From: Pelomyxa schiedti
Lineage: Eukaryota > Protista > Evosea
Direction: 5' to 3'
Assembly: GCA_020536535.1 (NCBI GenBank)
Contig: JAHLWZ010000192.1
Location: 1-63,413 of the forward strand
Length of the DNA stretch: 63,413 bases
Both the position numbers and the translations under genes were made by a program. This document shows positions 1 to 12,442 of this stretch, piece after piece. The notes below the pieces were generated by a model that did not search any database, was not told the origin of the DNA, and saw only the letters and a list, made by a program, of their open reading frames with translations. Position 1 is the first letter of the stretch; every line of letters begins with the position of its first letter.

Positions 1-238
1 TACCTCGATGCTACCATAATTGTGCGGAGGTCGTGAAGAGGCGTGTGGAGAATTCTCTTTTATTATGTTCGGTCTGTGGCCTTAAAAGGACCCACAATTA
101 GTCACCATCACCTCAGCACACTGGGTCTTGGTTTCTCCTTAGATTTTCTCCACTGGGTGAGAAGAATCGGTGATCGACTTGTGTGTGCTGGTGGTTGTTG
201 TTGTGTCTGACTGTTTACCTTTTCGTCAGTTACCTTCA

Positions 239-2438
239 ATGAGTGGTGCTACACCCCCGGCGGTGGCGGTTGGAGAGTCGTCCGCGACCACGAAGCCCGT
301 AGCGAGTCGTTCTGAATGCTTTCAAATACACACCGCTTTAGGCCACCATAGTAATGGGTCTTGAAATATGACAGCTGGCTGTCAGAGTCTTCAATGAGGG
401 GATTAGGTTTGAGGTCCAGGCGAGGTGAGTCAACATGGGAAGCAATGATGTTGAAACCACGCTCTGAGAGCATTTTTAGGAGTTCAACCAGCCGCACAGG
501 AATGAAGAAAGAAAGTAATAACAACCAACTCCCTCGGTGCCAATAACGGCAAGCATAAGGTTCTTGCCCCTGAACGGAATGATAACCTTGTCACCAGGGT
601 GTAAGGCCGTGATATCATTTGACAATATCCTAAACCCTGCAGCTTCAGCCATTTTCGTAGCTGTTTTATTTGTTAGCATTAGTGACAACCCGGATCGATG
701 GCTAAATAGAGAATGTATAGAAAGAAAAAGAAAAAAGGAAAAGGAAGAAACAAACATAAAAACAGTTACCCTGCGTAATTGCAGACCTCTCAGTCTTCGC
801 AATGGACAAGAATTCCATGTACTTTGTGGCAACTGACTTTGCCTGCGCCCTGTCCACAGAATTCCACGCGGACCTCATGTCCCGCGTAAGTGTCTTCTCC
901 ATCGCGCCCAAACCACTTCCTCAATCGTCAGTCACACTGCAAAGATATCAATGGGTGCAAACACCTTTGGCTCTTGTTGGAGTTGTTGCTCTTAAGTCAG
1001 GGGAAGTCAAAGAAATCAGTTGACATTCGACCAAGTGTTGCTTTCCATGTAACTATTTACAAGGTGTCGGCCTTAAACCAGAAGATCCTGTTTTTGTCAT
1101 CCCTGATCTACTTCCACACTTGGCAACTAGACTCCAGGTGCACCTTTCTTAAGTGTTTGGAAATACTTACTCCTATTCTCCTGAAGTCAACAGCCACTAT
1201 GGGTGATATAATCAAAGGCGAACAAATGAATGTACTTTGCGGGTCAATACCTGTGGATGATGAAGGTGTCAAGGCAAAAATTAAGTTTACTGTCCTCGAG
1301 ACACTGAATAGAGAATACGGAGTTACTGAAGCCGATTTTGTATGTAAAATGGCTGCAATTTCCTTCACCTATGTTTTTTTTTTTTTTTTAGCTCTCTGCC
1401 GAGTTGGAATTGGTTCCTGCATTTCCACCGCGGTTTGTTGGATTTGACTGTGGTCTTATTGCTAGCTATGGGTAAAAATATCTTTTCACCACTTATCTAT
1501 TTATTTTCTTTGCAGCCAAGACGACAGAATATGTGCCTTTTCTAATATATCCGCAATAACCACTTTGACTTCTATTCCGTCGAGAACGGCGGTTGCTTTT
1601 CTAGTGGATAAAGAGGAAGTGGGAAATCAAGGTTCCACAGGTTTGTTGTTAGTCGATTTACATCTTTTATTGAGATTTCCAGGGATGGATTCTATGACAC
1701 TTTATCACCTACTGAGCAAGCTTGTTTATTTAACTGACAACACTGGCCGTACCACTGAGGTATGAGTCCATGCACTCACAATCAACTAAAGGCAAAAGTT
1801 AAGGGTCCGAGAAATTCTTTCAAGATCGTCTGCACTTAGCACTGACGTTACTGCTGGAGTAGATCCCAACTTCCGCGAGGTATATTACCGTGTATTCCTT
1901 TTGCTTTTCACTCTCAATCAGGTTCACGAAATGAAAAATGCAGCCAAATTAGGTTTTGGGCCGTGCTTCATGAAATATGCCGGTGCACGTGGCAAATCAG
2001 GCACAAACGACGCAGATGCAGAATATATAGCAATGCTTCGTGCCCTTTTTGATACACATAACGTTGTCTTTTCCTAAAGGTTCTTTTTACTGCTAAGTAA
2101 TAACCCGTTATTAGGTCTCTTGGCAAATGGCAGAGCTAGGAAGGGTATGTCCATAAACAACAAGCAACCCAAAAAAAAAAAAAAACCCTCAAACCAAACT
2201 GATTCTAACACAAAAAGGTCGATGAAGGAGGAGGTGGAACAATAGCACCACGCCTGGCTTCGTACATGATCAATACCATTGACCTCGGCCCTCCTCTGAT
2301 TGGAATGCATGCTCCCTATGAACTATCTAGTGTTGCAGACGTGTGTATCCAGCAAACAACAGCAATCTTCTCACGTATCCACAGCTCTACCTTATGGTCA
2401 AAGGCTGCTCTGTATTCCTGCAGCATTTTAATCCCTAA
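239..2438 (+). pseudogene. M18 family aminopeptidase (bacterial ApeA/aminopeptidase-1 type), disrupted as assembled by an internal inversion of 308-914
   Basis: The + strand starts MSGATPPAVAVGESSATTKPVAS (239-307). Within 308-914 the - strand encodes YMEFLSIAKTER...GFNIIASHVDSPRLDLKPNPLIED...FKTHYYGGLK. From about 946 the + strand resumes with YQWVQTPLALVGVV, DPVFVIPDLLPHLA, LSAELELVPA, YGQDDRICAF, VDKEEVG, KYAGARGKSGTNDADAEY, GGGGTIA and GMHAPYE, ending at TAA 2436-2438. These are M18 metal-ligand motifs. Confidence 0.9.
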
Positions 2439-2527
2439 TGAAAGCCGGCCTGTTTTCTTCCACACATGAATTAAACACAATAAAAAAGTAAAGCCTAGGC
2501 TTTTTCTTTACTTTTTGTATCAACTTA

Positions 2528-5118
2528 TCAAAACCCCAGTCCCCTTCTTCCAATAGGCATAGAAGGAAGTACAGGGGCAGTGGTTCCGTGCTCATCAGCA
2601 CCAAGGCCTTGACCCTCCTTCCACCCCATGCCACTCAGCATCCTGTATCCTTTGTTGTCACTGGTGAGAGCGGCACCTTGATCCGTGGTGGGGGGTGTTG
2701 ACCCATCCTCACCATAGAGGGTTCTTCTCTTGGGGTATGAGCCGGGTTGCTGTTGCTGTTGCTGTTGTTGAGCCGGAGTTGCTCCATCATCCTCAGTGGA
2801 ACCAAGTTCTCTACGAGCCTGGAGTTGTGTGTAGGTCTCTTTGGGGTACAATCTTCTTCTCTTGGCGGCCCTGTCTTCATACTTCTCCTTGCGGTTGACT
2901 GTCAGCTTTAGTTCGGTACGGGTGAGGGTCTTGACATTCTTTTTCAGTACTTCCACCCATTCGGAGGAAGATACTTGAACACCTCCGAGGTTGTATGTGG
3001 GATGAGAAGATGATGTGCAATTAGAAGTTGACTCTGCGGGAGTCGGGTTGGCGTCTGGCTTTTTTTCCGGGTGTTCGAAAGTGATGTCAAACTTGCCAAT
3101 GTGAATGACGTCACCTGAAAATCGTTACAGTTGACACATATTTACAGGGCAGTATACCGGGATACAACCTCAGCTGATTTTCAGCTGGGGAGGACTTGTT
3201 GTACGTCAATTTAATGTCATTGACATAAGTGCCGTTCCTGCTACCAACATCAGATCTATGAAGCAGCTTGGTGTAAGTTTACTGAATTCAAAAATTAAGT
3301 CTTGTCAAACTGGAGAACTTAAAATAATAAATAACTAAAATGGAAGGCTCTCAGATACATCCGGAAGTAGTATTCCCAGAATAAGCTCTCATAAGTCATG
3401 GATGCATGATGCTTGCTTACTTCAACATCACGTAGAACCACATCGCATGAAGAAGAACGACCAAGTTTTATTGTGCAAGGGTGCCCTTCCTGGTTTCCAA
3501 CAGATACTTTCTGGTCAGGCAACTTCCCAGTTGTATCATGCACAATCAGCTCCATCACTGGTCCGCTTTCATCACCATCATCACTTGCATTTTCGCATTC
3601 CTCCTTAGTACTTGGTATTCTAGATCTTCTAACACCATAATCAAAATCGTCGTTGCATACAACAACTGCCGCTGCAGGCAACACCATTGCATACTGCCCA
3701 GAAGCTGGATTCCAGTGGTAGGCAACTGGCGGAGAACACGAAAAGTTTGCATGAAGACCACTCTTTGGGTCCCAATGAAGCTGGGTCTCAGTATCGTAAT
3801 AAATTCCTCTCCCCCAGTCAAACACCATTCGCGCAGAGTAGGCTTGTTGTTGGGATGGAGATTGAGGTAATGGAGGTGGTGGTGCTGGAGATGCTAGAAG
3901 GCGCACACGAGAACCATCCCTTTGGAGTTGTGTTAGTTCATAGTGATTAGTGTTGAGTACTGGCATCATTTCCCCAGTTTGAGGATTCCAGTGAAAACTC
4001 AGAGTTGTTTTTTTGTGAAACCAGTATAAGTTGGTGCTGTCGTCGTAGTCAAGTGTACAAGGTGATGCAGGAATGCAATTTACATGTGATACAGGCAAGA
4101 ATACATGAGTTGTGGGGTGAAGGTGATAGGAAAATTTGGTACTGGTGGCATGAAAATAGAGATTTGATTCTTTGTGGAGCTCATATTCCGGTTGTGCTTT
4201 AGCTGAAGAACTGGTGTTATCTTCAGAATGGGTACTTTGAGGTTCACTTGCTGCTTGAGTGTAATTATTTTTTCCTTCTTGTGTTTGTCCATGTTGTTGC
4301 GGTGGCTGTTGTTCTTGCTGTTGAGTGCTGGGTTGTGATTGCGCTGTTTGTTCTTTTTGGGGCTGTTGTGGTTGGGGTTCCGTAAGTTGTGCCTCTTTCT
4401 TTGGGCATGCGTGGCTACTAGACTGAGGTTCGTGTGGAGGCACCACAGCCAAAATTTCAACAGAATCTGAAGAGTCCGTTTCCGTTGGAGAAGTCTCCTG
4501 GTTCTCAGGTGGGTTTTTTGGCAGGTCAGATTGTGTAAGTTGGCTTGGATTTGGGGAGCCCGGAATAGAAGTGGTAGAGATTTCTTCCGGAGGTTTCAGT
4601 TTGTCAGGGGGTTTATGAGTGTTCGGAGGTTCTTCCTTAGGGCTAAGGGGGGATTGTTCAGGAACTGTTTTGGGTCTTGTGCCCAACGGAGGTTTTTCAG
4701 TGGAAGCCTTCATACGGGGCACAATGGGCATGAATAAAGTCCTTGATGGGTTCCAGTGATACCAGCAACAAGTGCCCACGTGGAAATACAAGTCAGAACA
4801 GGAATCGTAAGAGAATGCCACAATTTCGACGGTCTTACTGCGAGAACCGGAATTGGTCGTAGGGCAGGTACAACAACATGCCGCCGAAGACGATGTCGTT
4901 GTTGGAGCACCATTATTCAGGCGAGGGTTTTGGGAGTAAACTTTTCTATGAATCGCAACAGTAGATGAACTATAAGACGCGGAATTGTGGCACACGCAGG
5001 GACACATCGTGGTGCTCCCTGGAGGAGGTGTGAGTGCAGCCGTGACCAGAGTCATGTTTTGTGGTTGTCCTTCCCCGCCGGCGGTACTTCCACACGAACC
5101 ACTCTCTCTAGTCGCCAT
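2528..5118 (-). CDS. AGGF1-like protein: OCRE-like aromatic repeats, FHA domain and C-terminal G-patch
   Basis: FHA motif IKLGRSSSCDVVLRDVEVSKHHA...DVGSRNGTYVN; KYEDRAAKRR followed by G-patch NKGYRMLSGMGWKEGQGLG...GRRGLGF; OCRE-like YYDTETQLHWDPKSG. Confidence 0.85.
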
Positions 5119-5288
5119 TGTTGTTGCTTGCTTTAAAACACACTCCCCACCCTTACGGTGTCCAACACCACCACTTCTACGTGGTTTGATTTTTTTGAAA
5201 AATGATTTCTTTCGGGGCTTGTTTGGCGATTTGTAGTGCAGGCAAGTGCTGTCAAGGTGTCAAACGGTAGACAACAACAGTAAAAATA

Positions 5289-6670
5289 ATGAGTGCAAAG
5301 GCTCCCGTCAAGCGACAAACAAAAAAAAAGCCGAGGAAACCTCTCGTGGTCCACATCTCGCTCGACGGGTGCGTGTCTGTTTCCAAGATTAACAAGGACG
5401 GCGGTGCTGTGGTGGAAGGCGAGAAAAACGACACGCAACGGCAGTGCCCAGATCTAGGCGCGACTGCCACTGCCGAAGTTGAAACACTGAGTACCACTTT
5501 GGCGGCGCTGGACGTTGGGGGCGATGTTACTACGCCGTGCTCAGAGAAAAAAGAAGTCAGTCCGGAAGTAAGTGCACCGTGTGCTCTTCCAACATCAGAG
5601 CGAGATTTCGGTGGTGCCACAGACGAAAATTATTCTACTGGTGCTAATCCAAACAAATCTGTACATGATGGAGATGAACAGTCGAGTGTGGCCATATCTT
5701 GTGCATCAAGCGAAGGTCTTTCCATGATACCCCAGGCAGTGCAACCCCAAGTTTCTCCCTCGAAAGCTGTCCTGCACGAAAGCGAACAACCGGCAACATC
5801 CGACTCTTGGGAAGATATTACAGATTTTTCCCGGCTACAGAAACCAAGCACCAGTACAAATTCTATCTCCAACACTGGGAGTGGTGTAAGAAAGAATGCT
5901 GCATCCTCAAACAAACCATCAAGTAGCATCCTTAGCTTTACAACCAACCCTCAACTTTTTTTCCAAAGGAAAAATCAATACTCAGGGACAAGTAAATCTT
6001 GACCCTGGATTGGCGTATGATTCAATGTCTCCAGTAGCACAAGCAGCTCTGAAGTCCAACGGTATGCTTCTTCACTTTACTGCTGGAATATTTCAATACA
6101 ATAGTTCTGCATCTTTCCTAAAACGATCTTTTTGAAGCCCCTGTAAATCTGCAACATATACTATCACTGTATGATATTTCACCCAGTACAACACACGCGG
6201 CCATTGATGAAGTCCTGGCACCTTATAAAAATTTTGGATACAGGATAAAGTGGGTAGATGACAATCACGCGGCTCTTTATTTCCGAGCACCAGCATTTGG
6301 TTTTTTTCTACTTTTTTTTGTCGCCAACTTATATTTCCACAAGCTGACCATGCGCTGAAGAACCTGGAAGGAAATGGGGTATTCAAACTGCGGAGGATTA
6401 GCGAAGCTGATGAAAAAACACTCAGCACGATTGACACAGGTATCTTCCATGACATCAAAACATAAAACCCACTGGTTAGTTCCTAGGTACTTGACTGGTG
6501 AGAAGCCCCGTCCCTTTGCCACAAACACCTCCGTCGCCAAACGCTTGATTGGTGCATCCCTGCACCGACCAGATATCTACAAATCTCGTTCCACCCTGGA
6601 TTCTACCTCCACCAGCCGTGCAACTCCGCAGCACGATTCTTGGGGAGAGGATGAAACAGAAGAACACTAA
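5289..6670 (+). CDS. R3HCC1/R3HCC1L-like protein with a C-terminal RRM-like domain
   Basis: Spliced C-terminus HILSLYDI...GYRIKWVDDNHAALYF...RPFATNTSVAKRLIGASL matches the R3HCC1 family (IKWVDDTHAL; RPETSxxLARRLVIGAL). The N-terminus is low complexity. Confidence 0.75.
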
Positions 6671-6931
6671 CTGAAAGCAAAGGTGTTTCCCAGTCAAAAA
6701 AAAGAAGCTCATGGTTAATTGAATTCTATTTTAAATATTCCCGATAAGCATGACAAGGTTGGCTTTCTTCCCTGATTTGAAGATAAATAGGTAGGTTCAA
6801 AGTGACAATTCCAAGCCTTGGCTTCCTGAAAAAAAAAGAGGCTGTACTGTCTCTCTGGGGGCTGCCTGTCTTGTAGTCTATTCATGTGTGTGTGATATGG
6901 TTGTTCCCATATCCTTGTCAATGCAGTGTAG

Positions 6932-8634
6932 TTAGGATGTGAATATAAACAGGTTGTTGTGGCATGTGACTGCCATGAGGTTGAGGCTTGGGTGGTATGT
7001 GAGGTGCATCACTTTGCGTGCCAGGTCGAGTGAGTCAGCGTTGATTGTTGGCGGCTGTACTCGTTTGGGAGTGGGCTTGGGTTGAACCCGGTTGGCGTGG
7101 AGCAGTGTGTCATTGCTTCCATTTATCTCAAATGACCGGAACAGTCTCCCGTAGCTTCCGGTCATCATTTGGCTGTATTGTGGTGATGATTGGGTGGGTG
7201 GTTGGTTGGAGGGGCATGGGTGGAGGTATGGCTCACCTGGAATCCCCGTTGATTGCGCAGTCGAATTTGTCAAAGATGCTCTCTGATTCGTACAACTCAG
7301 CAAGCTTCGCTTTGAGGTAGTCGTGGACATGAACAACTTTGACAGGATGACTCTCCATGTTGATATCCCAGAGCTGTAGCAATAAAGAGTTATCGAGGAA
7401 TGATGTTTTTGCTTTTAACTACCTTCAGGGTCATAAAATCACGTGACACCATATACCGTCCATCCAAGCTAAATTTGAGGTCGCTTATTGACACCGTTAT
7501 ATCAGCAAAGAAGCTGCGGTTGCCCGTCTCAACTTGCTCAAATACTGTATAGTTTCATTAAGCAAAGACTGATGGAGATCATTCTCTGACAACCTTTGGA
7601 GGTACCAGGGTCACATAGAGATGACTGACGCAAGTCACCCAGCCGTATTACACCCTTTGAAGTGCTGTATGCAAAAAGAGAACATTGGGATGGGTGGAAC
7701 TCCGCACAAGTGATTACTTCAGAGAGCTCTTCAAGGTTTGAGGGTTTAATATCAACAATATCTGTTTCTTGTCAGTTTCATTCAAGTAGATGATAAGGGA
7801 TACTGAATGTTTGATCACTGTGGGTCAAATTCCATAAATTTATTCGCAGGTCATCTGCTGAAAGAAAGGTCTCTTGGTCACTGCAAGAAAAGTTAATTTT
7901 GCACCATTGTGTGGATCGACGTCACCTATTCACGGAAATGGAATGTACGTGGAAGTTGTGTGCATTACTATAGATACTACGGGCTGTAGCCATCTTGACG
8001 GTCTCCCCGGTTGGAACAGGGTGCGGTACTTGAACACACCCAGGAGCACCAGGCTTTTTCTAGTACCAGGGTTTAAAAAAAGAGGGAGTTCATCTAGAGC
8101 TTACCACAAAGTTTTTCGGTTTTCTTTCAAAAACTTTCCACAATTTTATGGTTTTGTCTGTTTGATAAAGTGTAGTGACATATTTAAACAAAAAATATGG
8201 AAACCATTTGTTGTCAGTAAGTGATGTGCTTCAGACCTTCGATGCAAGAATCGAATTTTGTTTATCTTTTCTTCAATGTCCATACTTTTGAGATAATCAA
8301 ATTCTAACACATGGCTTTGAAACTCTTGGCAAAATTTAAATTCAACTTTGCATCCAGGATCAGAGCGATTCCTGCTCTTATCCTAGGGAAGAGTTATGAA
8401 AAAATGCCAGCACATTCTACAAGGAAAGAAAAAAAAAAGCTCCAGGCTTTTACTTTGGTGTCATCTCTTTTGAACATAACAATACGTCCACCCTTGTCAC
8501 CAGCAGCAAGGTACTCTCCTGTACAGTCGAACTGCACAGCGCTCACAATATCCGCTGTTTTGTAAAAAATGGAATGTAAGTTGAAAAAAAGGGTTCCACA
8601 TAACAAACATAATTTGGTGTTTGATTCCAGAAGC

Positions 8635-8678
<44 letters not shown>

Positions 8679-8929
8679 GAACACAAAGACAAACACACCA
8701 CACCTTCTGGTATTGGCTCGTTCGGGTTTTCTATCCCACCAAAGACTTGATTGAGCCGCCATTCCATAATGGCCTTTGCGGGGGTCGATCCCCCGCTCCC
8801 TCCCGTTGTAGTCTTGCTCCCACCGCTGCTACTAGCCGCGCTCGGCGTCGACGAAGACGGCGGCGTCACAGATGGTGGCGTACCCACTGTGGGTGACGCC
8901 GAAGTCGATCTCTTGGATGTATCGGCCAT
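6932..8929 (-). CDS. PPP2R2: Protein phosphatase 2A regulatory subunit B55 (WD40)
   Basis: [116 protein letters not shown]...NNLFIF. Confidence 0.97.
8635..8677. repeat. (AAT)n microsatellite in the first intron of the B55 gene
   Basis: About 14 consecutive AAT units. Confidence 0.95.
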
Positions 8930-9309
8930 TTGTTCTTCCTTTTTTGTGTTAACAGTTTGGTGGGTAACTAGTTACATGGCTTTTTTTTTTTTCGCACCCT
9001 TTTGTGTCTCTTAACCACCACGGACTTATGGTCGTCGCTTCAGGGCGGGATTGTATTTATTTTATTTTTTTTTCTTTACGCTTGGTGTTCCGTCCCTTTG
9101 TGTTGCGAAAAAAAGTCACAGCGTTTTTGTGAGTTTGATTTTTTGATTTGATTTGGTGATGGAGTGTCTGGCGTGGAGGGATTTCTTCCCGTCCCTCTTT
9201 TACCAAAGTGCATGTGTGATTTGATGGGGGGGGGGTTGAGTTTCTTTCCTGAAGGCTCTTTGGCGTCTAGTTGGGACGAAGAGCATTGTTGTTGCGGTGG
9301 TGTTTGTTG

Positions 9310-10440
9310 TTAGGAAGACATGGGTGTGGTTCCTGAATGTTTCTTGCCTTTGGACTTGGTTTTGGATTTGCTTTTCGGGGGTGTGCTTGTTGTTGTAGTG
9401 GTTGTGGTTGAAGATGTTGCAGAGGTGGTAGTTGATGCAGCTGCTGTTTCTTTCTTCTCCAAGGTATAGTCTACAAAGTCATCAAACATGATTGGCCCTG
9501 TAAGTTTTCCCACAATGGTTAGAGGGTGAAAGGTGCATGATATGACAACTCACATGCTTCATTTTTGTTGTAGTCATCCATACTCTTGATTTGACGAGAA
9601 AATTCCCAGAAGCACAGCCACTGGTCACGTGATATGAACTTGATGTTTGAGTCCTTGTAATTTGGTTAAGCCACTAGGAGCAAATGTATATCACAAGGGG
9701 GAAAATTACCTTGACGAACTGTGCAAAGGACGCGACATAAGGTGACTGTGGAAGAACAAGCATCAACATTTGTGTAGCTGTCTCGGCATCGACATGCTTC
9801 TTAGCTTCGCCTTCAGCACAAAACGGAAATGCCCATCTATACAGTGCGAAGTGCTGCTCCGGGTCCTGTTGAATCTCACGCCACATATTTTCTAAGGCCT
9901 TCTTAAGAGCCGGTCCCGTTGATACACTGCGATTATGTATTAAAAACAAGCAAAACAAAGCAGCACTTACTCAAGTTTCATGAGGCCATTGACAAATTGG
10001 TCCCTTGTAATCAAGCCCATTGTGCCAGCCTCAAGTTTCCAGGACAGAATAAGGCCCTCTACCTTTGATTTGGGTTTGTAAGAGAGAAGGTACCAACTTG
10101 CACGGTACCTTTGCTGGGTCTATTTTCGCGGCTTCACAAAAAGATTGGATTGCAGAAGGCCCCATTGAATCTGTCAAGGGGTCTCTGTATTTCTCAAACC
10201 AAGCAGTGACAGCGACTTCCAGCTTAGGGGGTACAGTTCTTCTCGATTTATTACTTCTATCATCCAAATCAACCTAGACACCAGAAAGATGGCAGGGGAA
10301 AAAAAATTTTAATAAACAAATAATAGTGCCTTCATAAGAAGTGAGAAGGGGAGTACAGTTTTATTAGCGGACTGACGTTTCCGGGAGGACGTCGAAGCAG
10401 CAGTCGTAGATGTCGTTGCTTTTCCCTTCTGCTTCTTCAT
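9310..10440 (-). CDS. DCN1-like neddylation cofactor (UBA-less, DCUN1D4/5 type)
   Basis: WFEKYRDP...MGPSAIQSFCE, LYRWAFPFCAEGEAKKHVDAETATQMLMLVL, ISRDQWLCFWEFS, (A)WPIMFDDFVDY of the PONY/cullin-binding domain. The ATG is at 10440. Confidence 0.9.
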
Positions 10441-10712
10441 TGGTACCAACGCAAACACCGCACACACCACCAGGCGTAACGAAGATGGAAAAAAGAAAAA
10501 GCGCTGTCAGATCTCGAATTTTTATTAAATCTCTTAAAAGCAAGTTATTTCTCGTCGTTTCGACAGGAGAAATTTCGGCTTCTGGCACACGCTTTCCCCG
10601 GATCATATGCTCGAGCAGAATTAATTGGTTCCTCAGGCCCAACGGATCCTCTCAGTCCCGGTTTTCAGTCACGTTCGTACTTCTGCCAAAACCAAGCCCG
10701 ATCTTGATCAAA

Positions 10713-12319
10713 ATGTCGGCGTCTACGTGGTGCACAGTCGAGTCTGACCCTGGTGAGTCTGTTTGATCAATTGAATGCACTGCGTCTGCGCAATTGAGTG
10801 AATTTAACAAAAAGGGGTGTTTACTGAATTGATCAGTGCCATGGGGGCGAGGGATATTCAAGTGGAAGAACTTTACTCTTTGGAGGAAGGAGGTAATTAT
10901 GGGACTGGGGTGAACCACATTTGGAACAAAACACAACAAATAAACAGTATGGGATTCTATGAGGCCAGTCTATGGGCTGATATTTTTGTTCAAATGGAGG
11001 GATGAAGGGACAACACAATCATTGCCCTCTTATATGGATGACTTTGCTTTTATGACGCCAAATGTCTTTTTTGCCAATCAGGTTGATTTCATTTATGCTC
11101 ATAATGTTTCTTACACTTACTTTTCTCCTGTAAAAGGTTGTGAACAATGCTTGTGCTACTCAAGCCATTCTGTCTGTTCTGTTAAATTGCCCTGATTCCG
11201 TGGACGTAGGTGACGAACTTAGGAAATTTAAGGACTTCACGAAGGAATTTCCCCCAGGTACTGTCATTTTGGTCACTTCACTTCTTAGAAATGACTACAC
11301 AGAGGCCAAGGGTTTGTCAATTACAAACTCAGATGTAATTCGTAATGCTCACAATAGTTTTGCTAGGTTGTTTTTGCTTTCGAGTGTAGACGGTTAACAT
11401 TGCCATAGGCCGGAGCAATTTGTATTCAGCAAAAAGAAGAAGCATGAAGATGACGATGATGATGTGTACCACTTCATCGCCTATGTTCCAATCGAGGGAG
11501 TATTATATGAGCTGGATGGGTTGAAACCTGGTCCCATTGCCTTAGGTATCAAATATGTAAATATTCATTTTATCTAAGCTTGAGTTAAAGGACCATGTGC
11601 GGACCGAGACTGGCTCGAATTGGTCAGGCCAGTAATTCAGAAAAGAATAGACCGATACGCATCTAATGAAATACACTTCAATCTTATGGCAGTTATTAAG
11701 AGTAGAAAAGTTGTTTTTGCTGAGGTTAATTACAAGTCCCCTGCCTCTAAATGCAATCTAAACTTTTTTATAGGAAATTGCAAGACTTCAAGCAGAGAGA
11801 GCTCGACTTGTAGAAGAAATTGGTGCAGGTTTGTTCACCCTTTTTTCCATCAAAAATAACCGGCACTGCAAATCCTTTCTTCAGGCCAGATTATGCAAGA
11901 CACACCATCATCGGCAAGTGCTACACCACAGGCTGGCCAGTTACAACAAATAGATACTGAGATTACCAGTTACAACCTTAGAATTGCAGAGCAAGATGAA
12001 AAAATGCGGCTGTGGGAGGTGATTCCCACCACCCAAACAAAACACACAACAAAAAACCAAACAAACAAACAAAAAAAAAAAAATCCACTTTTTAACCAAA
12101 AACACCCAACAGGCTGAAAACAGGAGAAGGAAGTTCAACTACGTGCCATTTATAGTCAACATGCTGAAATGTTTGGCTGATTCAGGACAATTAGAAGGCC
12201 TGCTCAATGACGCCCTGGCTAAGGAGGAACAAGAGAGGGCCGCCAAAAAGAGGCGGAAAGAGCAATCACAATCTCAAACACAAGCTACTACAAGCACAAC
12301 AACGCCTCACCTACCTTGA
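10713..12319 (+). CDS. UCHL5: Ubiquitin C-terminal hydrolase UCH37/UCHL5
   Basis: [44 protein letters not shown] (catalytic Cys), [10 protein letters not shown] (His), YELDGL (Asp), [23 protein letters not shown] (ULD). Confidence 0.96.
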
Positions 12320-12442
12320 CTCTTACATTTCTCCAATTGAGTTTTTCATTTTTCATGTTCGCACTTCGAGTCTCTACAAAGTGGAAATGGAAACCTCTGT
12401 TTGTTTGAGGTTTTTTTTTTTTGATAAAAAAAAAACATGTAC

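Noticed and set aside
305-917. Recombinase-driven invertible element (shufflon or phase-variation type) as a firm call
   Set aside because: Only 3 bp of inverted identity at the ends and no recombinase in the window. Kept only as one hypothesis.
8497-8896. Poly-Ile/Asn/Tyr/Leu ORFs
   Set aside because: They arise from the intronic (AAT)n microsatellite.
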